A DNA stretch of 64,000 nt from Azolla caroliniana. Taxonomy: Eukaryota; Plantae; Polypodiophyta. Location: contig JBHGNT010000008.1 of assembly GCA_043228905.1 (NCBI GenBank), positions 5,890,001 through 5,954,000 of the forward strand, read 5' to 3'. The position numbers and the translations under genes are program-made. Below, in pieces: positions 25,104 through 38,335 of the stretch. Numbering within the stretch: the first letter of the stretch is position 1; each line of letters begins with the position of its first letter. The notes under the pieces are model-generated. The model saw only the letters and a list, made by a program, of their open reading frames with translations, was not told the origin of the DNA and made no database searches.

Positions 25104-27116
25104 ATCAATTGCTAGGTTATTTTATAGGAACCTATAAATATGGACATACAATTCTTCTCAGAACCAATTCGAATCAACACTAGTCTTAAGCTCCCATCGC
25201 CTATCTTGTATCCATTCTTATTCTACTTTAATACATTCATTCTTCTCTTATCATTTCATTCCTCTTCTTGTGATCTCTTTATATCTTTCTTCTATCACTT
25301 TACCTTCTCTCTTGGTTCTAACACTCTATCCCATGCTAGATAGTACGAAGATTGCATATGTCGGCCGAGAACTAGGGGGTAAGGCCGCCGCGTGGTGGTG
25401 TGGGCTCCGAACTTTTGGGAAATTGCCTGATACCTCGACAAATTTTGTCACAGTTTTTATGGGCCAATTCCTGCAACCTCCCTCTCGAACTGAGGCAACA
25501 CAAGCCTTAATGAACCTCTCTAGCATGAAGTTTTCCTCACTAGAAGAGTATGTCCACCATGCAAGAACCCAAATCCAAAAATTGGGTCTAGAAGGGGACA
25601 ATTGGCTAATAGCTTGTTTTGTCAATGGCATCCCCAATACGGACTATCATTGGATACAAGGATCCAAAATCCTTCAAAGAGGCCGTTGAAATAGTTATTC
25701 GCTATCAACACACTTCGAAGGACCATAACAAACCCAACGAAGCGCCCAACACTAAGCAGTCGCAATTCACTGGGAAATGCAAGACACCCAACGAAATCAA
25801 GGATTGCAATTGTAAGCGACAACATCCTTTTTGCGTATTCTACAAAAAGAAGGGTCATACAAAAGAACAATGTCGAAAGCTCCAACGGAAAGAGCATGCC
25901 AACAAAGCAAAAGTTGCAGACCATAAAGGTTAGATTCCTAATGTCCTTGGGGTTTATACACATCATTTAAGTAATTGTCAATGTTCTTTCCCTCATTATG
26001 TATTGGGACCCAATGATTTACTACGTGCAAACGGGTGCGTTAATGGATCTCCCGTACAATTTTTATTTGATTCGGGAAGCTCACACAATTTTTTGAATGA
26101 GGAATCCAACCCACCGTAAGTGATCACACCTATAGGGTGCACTTGGCTAATGGAAGAGTACAATACATCAACGAGGCGATTGATTCATTAGGAATTTCTA
26201 TTGATACTTATGTAGAGGAAGTAGACGTCCATGTAATGAATCTTTGTACCACTGATGTAATACTGGGTTATCCCTGGTTTTATAATAAAAACTCTTCTTT
26301 GTCTATTGATTGGGTTCATCATTCCATTTCCTTTGTACTAAACGATTGTACTCATTTTATTCAATGTGTAAATAAACAATCCCTTTCGATTGTTTCCTCT
26401 CCATCAATATCTGAGTTGTCTTGTACTTCTTTATTTTATTGTGTACTTGATCTGAACATTCACGTTTATAATATTGATAACGTCTCGGGTCAATTGACAT
26501 ATTTTGAACTACCACATATTTTGATTTGAACAACTTGATAAAATCTTAAATGATTTTCATGATGTTTTTCCGAGTGAACTACCACATGGGTTACCTCCTA
26601 AATGTAATATAGACCATTGTATAGATATTATACCCATCAAAGTCACCAATAAGTATACCTCCTTATCGCTTAAGTCGATCGGAAGAGTATGAGGTATCTA
26701 AGCAACTCAAGGACTATTTACGAATGGCTTATATATGTTATAGTAAATCTCCATGGGGTGCACCTGTTCTCTTGGTAAAAAAGAAAGAGGTCACATGGCG
26801 TATGAGTATTAATTACTGACGCTTGAATAAAGTGACGATCAAGAATTCATATCCATTGCCCCGGGCCGACAATCTAATTGACCGTCTCCAGGGAGCTTGG
26901 TATTTTACGAAACTTGATCTTCGTACGGGCTACCATCAAATTCGTATAAGTGACGATGATGTTCCTAAAACGACATTTCGTACGCGCTGTTGTGATGTGG
27001 CATGTCTAGTGCGAGAAAAAGTCAAAAATTGAGGATCCACACACATTTCACGAATACTTGTAAAAATCAAAATAAATAAACCTAGGTCACAATGGCATTA
27101 AGTGCATGTAGAGGGT

Positions 27117-27187
27117 TGCAAGTAAGATTTGAACCTTGCACCTCTAAGATAAGAGGCAATTACCTTACCTCTAAAGCTACTACTAAG
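27117..27187 (-). promoter_or_regulatory. tRNA-like A/B-box module in F LTR (copy 30106-30176)
   Basis: TAGCTTTAGTGG-33 nt-GTTCAAATCC (3' LTR reading); central CCTCT/AGAGG stem. Confidence 0.65.
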
Positions 27188-27689
27188 TGCTTTAGATGTT
27201 CTATATTTCTTTCTCATATTCAGTATTCCGTAGGAAACAAACGAACAAAACCGTGTACACAAAACCACGGTTTTAAGCCCATGGTTTCCTGCATGTCACA
27301 AAGCAAAACTGTGTGCATAGAAACCATGGCTCCAAGCCCATGGTTTTGTGCATGGACAAACCTATAAAACCCCTAGTACGGCTTGTGTAAAGGGGGGGGC
27401 TCAATATGATATGACCATCATCATCACCATCAATAATATAAGCTTCTATTTCTTCTTCTTCGCATCTATCTTGTAATTATTTATCTACTTCTGAAAGTGT
27501 ACAATCTTCAATCTTCTCAATTGTAATAGGTCTTCCTCCAATCTTACAGTCACACCATCCTCTTCTCAATACCTTGACGAACATCCTCCTTGGTCCAAGA
27601 CCCCGGTGGTCCCGCTCAAGCGAAGCAAGCTCGCACGCGCATCTTCGCGACATTTTTGGTGAACCCGACGTGAAGAGCGGTAGGGGAGG

Positions 27690-29976
27690 ATGAAGCTGGA
27701 CGAGGAATATCTAATGAAGGCAATGTCAAAGATGATGATGGAGTTTTCAAGAGAAGGGAAAACACGACATGCGGCCCAACAAGCCATTGAAAGCATGATC
27801 AAGCGAGTCGGGTTTTTCGATGGAGGCAAAGTCCAAAAATTTCTAAAGGCCTACAATGCCGAAATGGATTCAAGAGGAGTGGAGGAAGCAATGAGGCTGG
27901 AGTACTTTTGTCGAGTGGTGGCCGAACCGATCTTCGAAGAGATTAAAGAGATTCAAAAAACTCACGATTCATGGGTGTCCTTCAAAGAAGCTTTAAGAGA
28001 ATCATATGGTTACGAAGAGCAAAAGGGACGAGGTCTGTATGAGTTTCATGAATGGGTGTCATCGAGAAAGACCCACCAGAGTGCTATGCATGCATTCGTT
28101 GAGTTTGAGTATGGCTTCGCTCAACTCTCGGACCGGGATCGAAGATTGGTGGGGGTGAATAAAGTTCTGATGTTTGTAAAGTCAATCGATCGGAATGAAA
28201 GGAAGGCCATTGGAATCCAACTCGAGGATGACAATGGTGAAAATGGCCTCACTGAGGATTGGGCCAAAGTGGAAAGGGTATGCCGACAACACGATAAGAG
28301 GGAGATGAGACTCTCATTGACAACAACACGACCCACAAGGGATGTTCAAAGGAGAATGGGATGTGGCAATAAAAACCCACTGAAGGAAGAAAGCTCGAAG
28401 AGGGAAGCTTCGACAGAACTCAACATAGAAGCCTTGATGAGAGAGGCATTAATGAACTTAAAGGCACACGTCGAGGTTGAAGAGAAGCTGAAAACAAAAC
28501 CGAGGAAAATGGTGATCGACGAAGAGGAGACCTCCCGACAAATGCAGACTAATGGTGCGGCCAATACAAAGGCCCAAGTTTGGTATGACAGTACCATGGG
28601 AGAAGGTGTGAAACAAGCCACCTTCTCGACTTATGGAGGAACGATGGTCAAGAGAAAGGCCGAAGACTCGAGAGCGGGAAATGCTGCTTTAAGAGTGGAC
28701 GAGCATTTCGGAACACATGTTGTGTCCGAAATATCGAGTAATGAAGGTGCAAGCATGTGTGATCAAGGGATGTAAAGAGTGCAAGGTCGACGTGATTGAG
28801 GTGGTAGCCACGAGGAATGACATCGAGTCGCAGATGACTAAGGAAGAGTCCACGGTGAATGACCGTGTCGAGACTTTCCCAACACTTGATCTAGAGACTT
28901 GGGCAGTTGCGTCCGAGAGCCAACATGAGACCCAAGAGACGGAAAGTGGTGGGGAAGAAAATATTGAAGACAATGTGAATAACAACATTGAGCGAAAGAT
29001 GGCTACGGATGAGAAGACGGTGACCGATGGTGTCGAGGTTCTCCCCACAATTGTTCCTGAGACTTCAGCAGTTGTGCCCGAGTGTCAACGTGAGACCGGA
29101 GAGACGGAAGGTGGCGGCTGGAAATCGAAGGACCGAAACAACGATGAGGAGGATGGCCACAGACGAAGGAATCCCTCCACACCGATTCTGGAGACTTCGG
29201 CAGTTGTGCCCGAGAGTGAACATAAGACTGGAGAGATGGAAGGTGGCGGCGAGGAGATGAGGGTCGACGCCAGCGCATATGGAGGAACGGTGGCCAACAA
29301 AGACGCCAAAAACAAAGCTACAATAGAGTTCGATGAAGAGCCAGATAGCGGCAAGAAAGGAAGAACCAAAATACAATCCGGATGGAAGATGACGCGGTTG
29401 GTATTCCGACCCGAACGGAAGCCGACCCGAATGAGAGTTGATCAAACGGGCCCGACCCAACCGAAAACCGGATGGAAACTGACCCAGACGAAAGTCGATC
29501 GTCTGAGTCTGATTCGGCCGAATGCGAATCCAGAGGAAGACCGACCAAGCCAGAAGCTGATTGGTCGAGACAAACAAAAGTTGAACCGGCCTAGGCGGAG
29601 GTTGAAGCAGACAAGTCGTGACACCCGGTTGAGGCTAGTGAGTATAAGGAAAGGCAAGCATGAGACGAGAAATGATGATAAAGGAAAGTTAGGTGACCAA
29701 GGAGACGGCCGAGATGAAGGTGGCACATGCATGAGGCATGAAGCGTTATGCTCGGGAGGAGCAAAGGGAGCCATGACAACTAGACATGACAATAAAAAAG
29801 GTGAGCAAATGATATGGTGGATCGGATGGCAACGACAATTCGAAGTAGACGACAAAAAGACGGTGCGGACGAGGCGCAAGAAAGGAGGAAATCAAACACC
29901 AACCACCTTTGACCCTTCCACATCACTCTTTTCTTCTTGGCACATACCGGAGGATGTGCGGTTTGGTGGGGGTGGA
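27690..29976 (+). pseudogene. Element F Gag-like ORF with a low-complexity repeated extension (ORFs 27690-28775 and 28717 into the 3' LTR)
   Basis: KRVGFFDGGKVQKFLKAYNAEM aligns with G gag KIGLFEGKNITKFLQVYVTEM; three ETxAVxxE...ETEGGG-type repeats. Confidence 0.7.
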
Positions 29977-32900
29977 TGTCGTGATGTGGCATGTCTAGTG
30001 TGAGAAAAAGTCAAAAATTGAGGATCCACACACATTTCACGAATACTTGTAAAAATCAAAATAAATAAACCTAGGTCACAATGGCATTGAGTGCATGTAG
30101 AGGGTTGCAAGTAGGATTTGAACCTTGCACCTCTAAGATAAGAGGCAATTACCTTACCACTAAAGCTACTACTAAGTGCTTTAGATGTTCTATATTTCTT
30201 TCTCATATTCAGTATTCCGTAGGAAACAAACGAACAAAACCGTGTACACAAAACCACGGTTTTAAGCCCATGGTTTCCTGCATGTCACAAAGCAAAACTG
30301 TGTGCATAGAAACCATGGCTCCAAGCCCATGGTTTTGTGCATGGACAAACCTATAAAACCCCTAGTACGGCTTGTGTAAAGGGGGGGGCTCAATATGATA
30401 TGACCATCATCATCACCATCAATAATATAAGCTTCTATTTCTTCTTCTTCGCATCTATCTTGTAATTATTTATCTACTTCTGAAAGTGTACAATCTTCAA
30501 TCTTCTCAAGTGTAATAGGTCTTCCTCTAATCTTACAGTCACACCATCCTCTTCTCAATACCTTGACGAACATCCTCCTTGGTCCAAGACCCCGGTGGTC
30601 CCACTCAAGCGAAGCACGCTTGCATGCGCATCTTCGCGACAACGCTATGGCCATTATGAGTTTTTGGTTATAGCTTTTGGTTTAACCAATGCTCCGACCA
30701 CATTTCAACAACAAATGAATGACATTTTCCAAGAACAACTTGGAAAAATTATCGTTATTTTTTTGGATGATATTCTAGTTTATAGCCGTACATTAGAAGA
30801 ACATGCTAAACATGTCTGCTTTCTTTTACAAACATTGCACAACAAGCAATTCTACGCGAAGATCTCAAAATGCAAGGTCTTCAAGAAATCAATTACTTAT
30901 CTTGGAAATCTCATAACCTAACGAGGAGTTGAAATTGATCCTTCTCACATTGAGAAAATCAAACTTTAGCCCACTCTTCAAAATATTCGAGAAGTTCAAT
31001 CATTCCTTGATATTGTCGAGTTTTTGCGAAAATCCCTTCGTAATTACTCCCAATTGACGACGCTAATTACTAATCTTCTAAAAGGTCACACGCGTAAGTC
31101 TACAAAACCTATTGTGTGGAATGCCACACTAGACCTCGCCTTTAAGGAACTCAAGGACCTAGTGTGCAAGGCTCCTTCACTTCATTTATCCGACCCTTCA
31201 AAACCTTTTGAAGTTGAAACCGATGCAAGCGATTATGCTATAGGTGCTATCTTATATCAAGATGGTAAACCAATAACATTTGAGAGTAAGAAACTTGATT
31301 CTGCTCAATGTCGGTATATGGTTCAAGAAAAGGAATTATTTGCAGTTATACATGTGCTCAAAACATGGCGCCATTATCTTTATGGAAATCGTTTTGTGGT
31401 AACTACGGACCACGAGTCCTTGAAATATTTTTGTGACCAATAAGATCTGAAAGGTCATAAGGCACGATGGGTTGATCTCATCCAGAACTTTGATTTTTCC
31501 ATATGATATTGTAAAGGTTCATGAACATTGTACTTGATGCACTAAGTCGCATCCGTGAAGTTAACATGCTTAGCTTCACTGAAATAACATCAGATCTTTA
31601 TGATCACCTTCGGGGAAAGTATTCGGATGACAATTATTTTGTGAAATACTGGGCAAGAGTTGAGTCTGGAACAGACACCACCACATCCTCGAAGGAATCC
31701 TTCCACATTGTTAACGATCTGCTCTACCGTAATGGGAAGGTTTGGGTTCGAGATTTGCCCAAGGTCAAAAAGAGAATTCTTTTTTAATGCCATGATGCAA
31801 CCTCAACAGGGCACCCTGGAATACATCGTACACTCTTTCTCATCACCACTCAATTCTATTGGCCTAAGATGCGTCCTGACATACATAACAATGTGACTAA
31901 ATGTCACCAATGTCAGGTTAACAAAGCCGATCGACTTAAAACCACAAGACTTTTACATCCCTTGGACATTCCCAATAATAAGTGGGAAAGTATATACATG
32001 GATTTTATTGTTAGCCTTCCTCGCACCCAAAAAGTCCATGATGCCATCTAGGTTGTGGTTGATAGATTAACTAAAATGGCCAGATTTATTGCTACTAAAA
32101 CCATGGTAATAGCTCCTGAATTGGCTTACCAATTCGTTGACGACTTATTTCGTTTTTATGGGTTACCGATGGATATCGTGAGTGATCGGGATCCAAAGTT
32201 TACTAGTGACTTCTGGACGCTAGTCTTTAAGAAGTTAGAAACTACATTGAGCATGAGCTCCGCGGATCCTCCTCAATCTGATGGACAGACAGAACGAGTA
32301 AATAAAATTATTGAGGACATGCTTCGAGCATACGTTGGTGCAAAACCAACAAAATGGGAACGTTACCTCCCAATTTTGGAGTTTGCTTATAACAACTCCA
32401 AGCATACGTCGACAGGATATAGTTCTTTTATGTTGATGTATGGTTTCATCCACGAGCCCCGATTGATGTTAATATACATCATAATGAGTTGCGAAGTAAA
32501 CAAAACTTTCTTCAGGATATGCAAGGTATGTTGTATATTGCACGAGATAATATAAAAACAGCTCAAGATTAAGCGCGTTTTTAAGCCGATCATAATAGGC
32601 AACCTCGTGTATTCAACCCTAGACAGAAGGTATTTTTACGTGTAACTCACAATTCTAAGACATTGTCTATGGGTAAGTGTGCTAAGTTAGCCCCACGATT
32701 TTGTGGACCTTTTCAAGTCCTCAAACGCATTGGTTCATCATCCGTTTATCGTCTCGCTCTTCCCAATGGTGTTGAAATTCATCCAGTTTTTCATGTAAGT
32801 CATCTAAAAGAACTTCTAGGTTCTGGCGACAATACAGTTACAACTGAAACTCCGATTACTTCTGAAGAATTATCTTCGAAACCACATGTACCAGAAAGAA

Positions 32901-33317
32901 TTCTCGATCTTAAAACAAAAAATATGCGTACTAAAATAATACGAGAATTTAAAATTAAATGGATGGATAAATCTATCAAAGATGTCACATGGGAACGCGA
33001 AAATACTCTTAGAACTAACTTCCCTAACTTTTCATTGCAAGAGTGCAATGTTTTAAACAGGGGGAGTATGTTAAGGGCATGACCATATAATATCATGATG
33101 TGAGAATTTACCGTAGTATTCTATACACGTTGTCATGACGTTTCCATGCCACAATGAGAAAATAACCTCTACCAATTTATATGAGCTTATTCAAATCTTT
33201 GTAAAAGGTTATATAGAGTGTGATGCCTCGATGAGTAGGAGTGTGTGGGGCTTTAGTTGTTGTGAAGGATTTGCTTCACGTTAGAAAAATAAACTAAAAT
33301 ATTGTATTGAATAACAT

Positions 33318-33380
33318 TTGAGAGAGTTGAACACACAACATCACATACCAAACACAAGGCACATACCATTAGGCTAGGTC
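33318..33380 (-). promoter_or_regulatory. tRNA-like A/B-box module in G LTR (copy 55663-55725)
   Basis: TAGCCTAATGG-33 nt-GTTCAACTC. Confidence 0.6.
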
Positions 33381-33850
33381 ATTTGTTCCTTTAAATTTAT
33401 CTTTTAATGTTTGTACTTATGCCATGGATATTTTCATACATGAAAGCTCAAATGCATGGGATGGACCTATCATGCATCACATGTAATGCATGAACGCCAA
33501 ATGGTAATCATGCATCACATGCATTTCATGCAGTACATGCATGTCTTGTGCCCTCACATGCATCATATGTATGGGGGCACCTATTTAAAGAGGAAAAGGG
33601 AAAAGAGTGAGATAATAGGAGAAGAGACGAGGAATATTATTGTAATAGGAGGGACAAGCTATATTATTGTACAAGAAATATTTTGAAATCATCTTCAAAT
33701 ATCAATACAAGTTATTTCCGTTTCTCCTCTTTCTTTGACAAGAAGCCCGATGCTTACTTCCCGGATTCGCGATTTTCTTTTCGTTTGCTCTCATACGCCA
33801 AGATCAACGCGATAGTGGTGAACCCGATGTGAAACGGGAAGTTAAAAGAG

Positions 33851-34056
33851 ATGGAGAACCAACAAGCAGTCTCGGAGCCAGGAATCAACCAAGAAGTCGT
33901 TGTGGAGCCACAAATCAACGTGGTGCTTCAAATGATTGAAAGAATGATGCAAAGCCAAGAACATGTAATTGCTCTTCAACGAATCGATCATGCTATTGAC
34001 AAGCTTGTAGAGAAAATAGGTCTCTTTGAAGGTAAAAATATAACTAAATTCTTACA
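33851..34056 (+). pseudogene. gag: Element G gag N-terminus (continues at 49957)
   Basis: MENQQ...KIGLFEGKNITKFL; reading continues across TSD TTACA. Confidence 0.75.
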
Positions 34057-34812
34057 TGAAAAAAGAAGGTGCGGAAGCGTTAGACAACCGGCTTAGCCGG
34101 ATAGCAACAGAGAGAGAGAGAGATTAACACACAGAAGGTACGCAGGAGAGACAGAGAAAGAGCAGAAAAATTTAAATCTATTATTAACAACTCTATAAAA
34201 TTCTCTATACATAAAACGTGCTCAACAACACTATTTATACAAGTCCTAAGAGGACTAACAGAAGTACAGTGTACTTCAATGCTCACACGAGCGTCTGACA
34301 CTAACTACAAGACATTAACTACCTAGTAGTCTAGGCTGCTACTAGGCTTCCGATTACTGATTAATCCGGCTACCCGGCTCACCGATCTGGCTCATCCTTC
34401 CGGATGCCGATCCCTGATAGGCTTATTCAGCCGATCCGGATCCGGTTGAGCTTGTTGCTCAACACTCCCCCTCAAGCTCAGCTTGAGGTCGGATCGTAGT
34501 GTCGGTCTCCATGGTAGCTGGTCCTTCCACCCGGCTCCTTCTAGTGTCACTCCGCCTCGCTTGCGCTTCTCGTCCGGTCCGGTCCCGTTTGTCGTGACCT
34601 ATCTGATTCTGCGCACCTCGACCTCCTCGGTCGGCTTGTCTACTCAACAGGCCCAATTCAGCTCCCTCGCTCCTGTGACTTTGGCGCTTGCCGATTCGCT
34701 GATTCCTTCGTGTTGGCGTCGACTTTCGTTGCCTTCTCGTCCTCTTGGCCTTGAATTGATCCGGTTCTTCTGAATCCGTCTGCTGAACCGAATCGGCTGT
34801 CTCCGATTCATT

Positions 34813-37800
34813 CTAGCTCTTGTCTGAATTGGTTGCTCCCAATTCATCTTCCGGTTCTAGGCCCTTCACCACATTGGACCATGTCCAGGTCTTGGCCTTC
34901 TTCTTCCGGTCGGCTCTGTCCTTCTTGACTCTGCCGCCGTTGCCGCTTGTTCCGACTTGTTCGGACGTTTCAACTTCCTTTGTCGACTCGGCTCCTTTCT
35001 TCTTCTCGTCTCTCCCTTTGTCGGTTCTTCGCTCACTGGCGCAATTGGCAGTTTCTTTGCCTTTGCCCATTCCAGTGTCTTTGTCCGTTCTCCCCCTCAA
35101 GTGTGGCATGTCGAGATGTTGAACACCAAGCATTTCGGTGAAGTGCTGCAACTTTTCCGATTTGAGCAGTTTAGTGAAGATGTCGGCAACTTGCCGATCC
35201 GTATGAACATACCGAAGTTCAACTTCACCGCTCAGAACACTCTCACGCATGAAGTGGTAGTGCACTTCTATGTGCTTTGTGCAAGCATGGAATACGGGGT
35301 TCTTGGCGAGCTGCATGCTGCTTATGTTGTCGTAGTAGATCAGGATCGGGGTCAACACCTCAATCCGCAGGTCTTGCAGCAGTCGCCGAAGCCAAATGAC
35401 TTCACATGTGGCAACGAAAGCACCCTGATATTCAACTTCAGTGCTAGAAAGGGCCACTGTTGGCTACTTTTTGCTACTCCACGCAACAGCCGCTACCAAG
35501 GCAAAACATATAGCCGGAGGTGGATCAATGATCCAATGCATCGTCGGCCCAGTTGGCATCAATGTAGCTGACTAGCTCTTCGGTTATACCATGCCGTTAT
35601 AACAGTCCTCGGTCCTTCGTGCCGCTCACATATCGCAAAATTCGATGTGCACACAAAAGGTGCTCCACGGTCGGCTTCTGCATATATTGGCTGATCACGC
35701 CGACCGGATAACTGATGTCGGGTCGGGTGATTGTCAGATATATAAGGCTTCCAACGATTTGTCGGAACCGCTTCTCATCGCTGGCCGGTCCGGATTCGGG
35801 ACGGAGCTTCTGGTTCCGGTCCAGGGGTGTGGAGATCGATCGGCATTCCATCATGCCGAACTTGTACAACATATTCAACACATAGTGTCTTTGTGAGAGC
35901 AATATGCCGTCGGGGGGTTCGGATCACCTCGATCCCAAGGAAATAGTGAAGGTCCCCAAGGTCCTTCATCTCAAATGCGTCCAACAACTGGGATTTGACT
36001 TGGCTGATTTCATTGAGTCCGTGTCCGGTGATGACTAGATCATCAACATACAACAAGATGCAAACCGGACCATCCGGACCTTGCCGGATGAACAACGAAG
36101 AGTCGGACTTGGAGGCCGCAAACCCCATCTTACGCAACCGGTGCGTGATCTTCGCATTCCAACCTCAGGGGGCTTGCTTCAGGCCATAAAGTGACTTCTT
36201 CAGCCGGCATACCGTCGACTTGTTCATCTCCAGCGGGAAATTGGGGGGTTGGGTCATAAAGACCTCTTCTTCAAGATCGCCTTGAAGAAATGCATTCTTC
36301 ACATCCATATGGTGAAGATGCCACCCCCTTCCCGCAACAACTGCCATCACCACACGAACTATCGTCATCTTCGCTACCGAAGCGAAGGTCTTGTCGTAGT
36401 CGATTCCGTGGGTTTGTGCATATCCCTTCGCCACTAACCAGGCCTTGTACCAGTTAACCGAACCGTCGACATTGCACTTTACCTTGTACACCCACTTACA
36501 TCCGATCAGTTTACAGTGTCGGGGAGGGTCAACTAGGTCCCATGTGTCGTTGGCATCAAGTACCCGCATTTCTTCCTCCATAGTGACACACCAATTTGCG
36601 TCCTTTGCCGCTTCTGCATAGCTCTCCGGCTCACGCACTCCCGCCACCTTGGTCATGTACGCATAGTGATGCGCCATGTACTCATTGTACCCGTACCGCT
36701 TCACGGGGTTCTTCTGGCGGGAAGACCAACGTAACTTATCATTACCTAGTTTAAGGCCCTTCTTGGCCAGTTTGGTTTTCGTTGCTGAAGATCCGCCTTC
36801 TTCTTTTTCAGAGTCGGATCCGCTCCGATCCGACTCACCATTGCCGGTCTCGTGCTTTGGCATCTTCCTCTTCCCCTTTTCCTTGCGCGTGAATTGTCTC
36901 CTCAGTTCCTTGCATGGGGGGAATACGGCAAAGTCTCCACTACTCACCGATTCATCTTTCGACTGGTCTGTCTGGCCCAGTCGCTTGTTCGGCCCGCTCA
37001 ACCGAAACGATTCCGGACTCACATCTAGAGTCTCAAACGCTTTGTCTTCTAACTGGACTGGTTCAGGCTCACTAGCCTCATCCTCTGGTATTAGGTCGGG
37101 GTTGGAAGTCGGAGCCGGTAAGGCATACCATGATGCCGTCTCATCAAACTCAACATCCTAGCTAACTCGGACCTGCTTAGTCGGGGGGTTATAGCACTTA
37201 TACCCCTTTTGCTCATGCGAGTAACCGACTAGAATGCACTTCTCTTACTTTGGATCTCGCTTCCTCTGGTTCGCATCCGGTACATGCACATATGCTTTGC
37301 TACCGAATATCCGAAGGTGTCTCAAATTCGGCTTTTGCCCAATGTACAGCTCATGTGCTGACACCTTGTCACCGGTCCGGTTTTGGATGAAGACGGCCGT
37401 CCGGACCACCTCAGCCCAGTAGAAATGGGCCATGCTCTTCTCCTCCAGCATCGTCCTTACCCCGTCGATAATCGACCGGTTCTTCCTCTCAGCCACACCG
37501 TTTTGCTCCGGTGTGTATCTGCAGCTGAACTCTCTCCGAATTCCTTTTTGCTTCAGATAACTGTGGAATTGATCGGAAAAATATTCTTTTCCGCCATCCG
37601 ACCACAGGCTCTTGATCTTCCTCTCCGTTTCTTGTTCAACCAAGCTTTGTAGGTTCCGGAAACACTCGAAGACTTCACCCTTCCGCTCAATGAGGTAGAT
37701 CCATGTGTGCCGACTATAGTCATCAATGAAGGAGACAAAGTATCGACTCCCACCAAGACTAACGTTCTGTCCCGGTCCCATACATCTGAATGAATAAGGT

Positions 37801-38335
37801 CGAGCTTGTTACGACTACAGTTTCGTTTGGTGGGGAATGGAAGCCGGTGTTACTTCCCGAGTTGGCAAGCTTCACATATTTGGACCTTCCGACCACTGCA
37901 CTTCAGCAAACCGAAAACAACTTGTTTCGTTTGTAGGTCTTGAACCCTCCGATAATTGACGTGGCCGATCCGCTTGTGCTAGAGATCAATATCCGATTCA
38001 ATCTTCCGTCCTTTGGTGAACAAAGTGGTGCCGACGTCATTGGTGCCGAGGATGAACATCCTCCCATCTCTGCGCCCTTGCGCAACAATCTGGCCCTCTT
38101 CCTCGATGAAGCACCCAAGGTGCGTAAACCGCACCTGCATCCCCTAGTCAACGATCTGACAGACTGACACCAAGTTCTTCGTGATAGTCGAAACCTGTAA
38201 TACGTTCATCAGCTTCCCCCTCTGTCCGACGTGGCTCAAAGGGACTTCTTTGACATGCACAATTGGGTGAGGAGTGTCGTCTCCGGTTTAGACAACTCCC
38301 GTTTGTTCCGGTTTCTCCAAGAAAGAGAACCACTC
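34813..38335 (-). pseudogene. pol: Element H pol (integrase, RT, RNase H); gag/protease remnant at 49383-49890
   Basis: [46 protein letters not shown]; CWYCGKKGHRESKC in the gag remnant. Confidence 0.88.

Larger units (their letters stand above)
21121..25323 (+). mobile_element. Element D: decayed Tcn1-type chromovirus; gag deleted, 5' LTR rearranged
   Basis: 5' LTR part 21121-21395; 3' LTR 24872-25323; pol similar to C; flanks CTCAG/CTCTA (imperfect TSD). Confidence 0.88.
20797..25933 (+). pseudogene. gag: Element A gag, split by element D
   Basis: MAQNNDP...WESHFEL | YPMLDSTKIAYVGRELGGKAAAWW...; degenerate knuckle CVFYKKKGHTKEQC. Confidence 0.75.
26988..30641 (+). mobile_element. Element F: non-autonomous gag-only LTR retrotransposon related to G
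   Basis: 665-bp LTRs 26988-27652 and 29977-30641; PBS TGGTGAACCCGACGTGA 27657-27673 (tRNA-Trp type); TSD GCGC/ACGC; no pol motifs. Confidence 0.92.
25970..33068 (+). pseudogene. pol: Element A pol, split in RT by element F; C-terminal chromodomain
   Basis: LFDSGSSHNF; [12 protein letters not shown]...FRTR | YGHYEF...FLDD; ETDASD; LAPRFCGPF; PERILD...IKW...TWE. Confidence 0.9.

Noticed and set aside
27117-27187. Calling the LTR modules functional tRNA genes
   Set aside because: No acceptor stem and a non-canonical anticodon loop length.
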